Positions 43,972 to 44,197 of a DNA stretch of 44,197 nucleotides are shown piece after piece (position 1 is the stretch's first letter; every line of letters starts with the position of its first letter). A model generated the notes under the pieces. That model was not told the origin of the DNA. It made no database searches and saw only the letters and a list, made by a program, of their open reading frames with translations. This stretch comes from Dehalococcoidia bacterium. Its GTDB lineage: Bacteria > Chloroflexota > Dehalococcoidia > Lucifugimonadales > Lucifugimonadaceae. The stretch lies in contig JAAZYK010000001.1 in the NCBI GenBank assembly GCA_014239685.1, positions 1 through 44,197 on the forward strand, given 5' to 3'. A program made the translations under genes and the position numbers.

Positions 43972-44197
43972 CTGAAGCCTCGTGTGCAATGGTTTGAAAA
44001 ATCCCGCCGACCTAGCGTAGCGGCCTCCATCGTCACGACGCTAGGAGGTCTGATGAATGCGTGAATGGTTACCGCGCATCTAACACCGGGTTAGCTGCTA
44101 AACCCCCAAACCCAACCTAGGGCCGGGGCTTGCACTACCCCTCAGTCGGAGGCCTGCAGTTACTTCTCGGTGAAGAGGGCACAGGTTCTACAAAGCC

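Noticed and set aside
1-44197. Searched for CRISPR arrays, IS elements or inverted terminal repeats, integrases, prophage genes, toxin-antitoxin pairs and known defence-system hallmarks.
   Set aside because: No regularly spaced repeats, transposase/integrase motifs or defence-type ATPase/nuclease ORFs were seen. The only repeats are gene-level paralogues and short intergenic hairpins.
44065-44197. Possible tRNA, RNase P, tmRNA, SRP RNA or cobalamin-riboswitch fragment at the right edge.
   Set aside because: Conserved cores were not found on either strand (T-loop GGTTCGAAT, RNase P GGAAAGTCCGGGC or ACAGAAnCCGGCTTA, B12-box GCCACTG). The resemblance to the riboswitch AGGGAA...GGTG region is loose, and the element is truncated.

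Overview
44.2-kb chromosomal window with about 40 protein-coding genes. I found no rRNA, tRNA, CRISPR array, transposase or integrase. Gene content and the Gram-positive/Chloroflexi-type SOS box suggest a marine Chloroflexota (SAR202-like) heterotroph; this is inference only. Many genes start with TTG or GTG. Layout: (1) 36-3077 (-): an operon of exported repeat protein, OmpR-type response regulator and histidine kinase. (2) 3497-4729 (-): Eis-like GNAT. (3) 4884-10029 (-): an SOS mutagenesis cassette (imuB, a small overlapping ImuB-C-terminal-like ORF, dnaE2) behind a sigma70-like promoter with an embedded perfect LexA-type palindrome. (4) 10.1-17.1 kb: a mixed-strand group of DUF2461, SelA/DgaE-like PLP enzyme, CBS protein, SDR, RpiB, crotonase-fold protein and family III CoA-transferase. 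(5) 17.4-40.8 kb: a co-directional minus-strand block of 20 genes. In transcription order these are DUF1772, CoA-transferase, LLM oxidoreductase, SDR, cupin, SDR, two translationally coupled CoA-transferases, crotonase-fold protein, DUF917, HyuA-like ATPase, two tandem GMC oxidoreductases, two adjacent acyl-CoA dehydrogenases, then a duplicated DUF1800-NHL module ending in a single DUF1501. (6) 40.9-43.6 kb (+): a cofD-cofC-LLM operon for F420 biosynthesis and use. The least explained part is the signal-less [DUF1800-NHL]x2-DUF1501 set. A second recurring pattern is adjacent paralogues in which one copy appears to lack catalytic residues (acyl-CoA dehydrogenases and CoA-transferases), with both crotonase-fold proteins also looking non-canonical. 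All functional calls come from motif recognition by eye; no searches were run.
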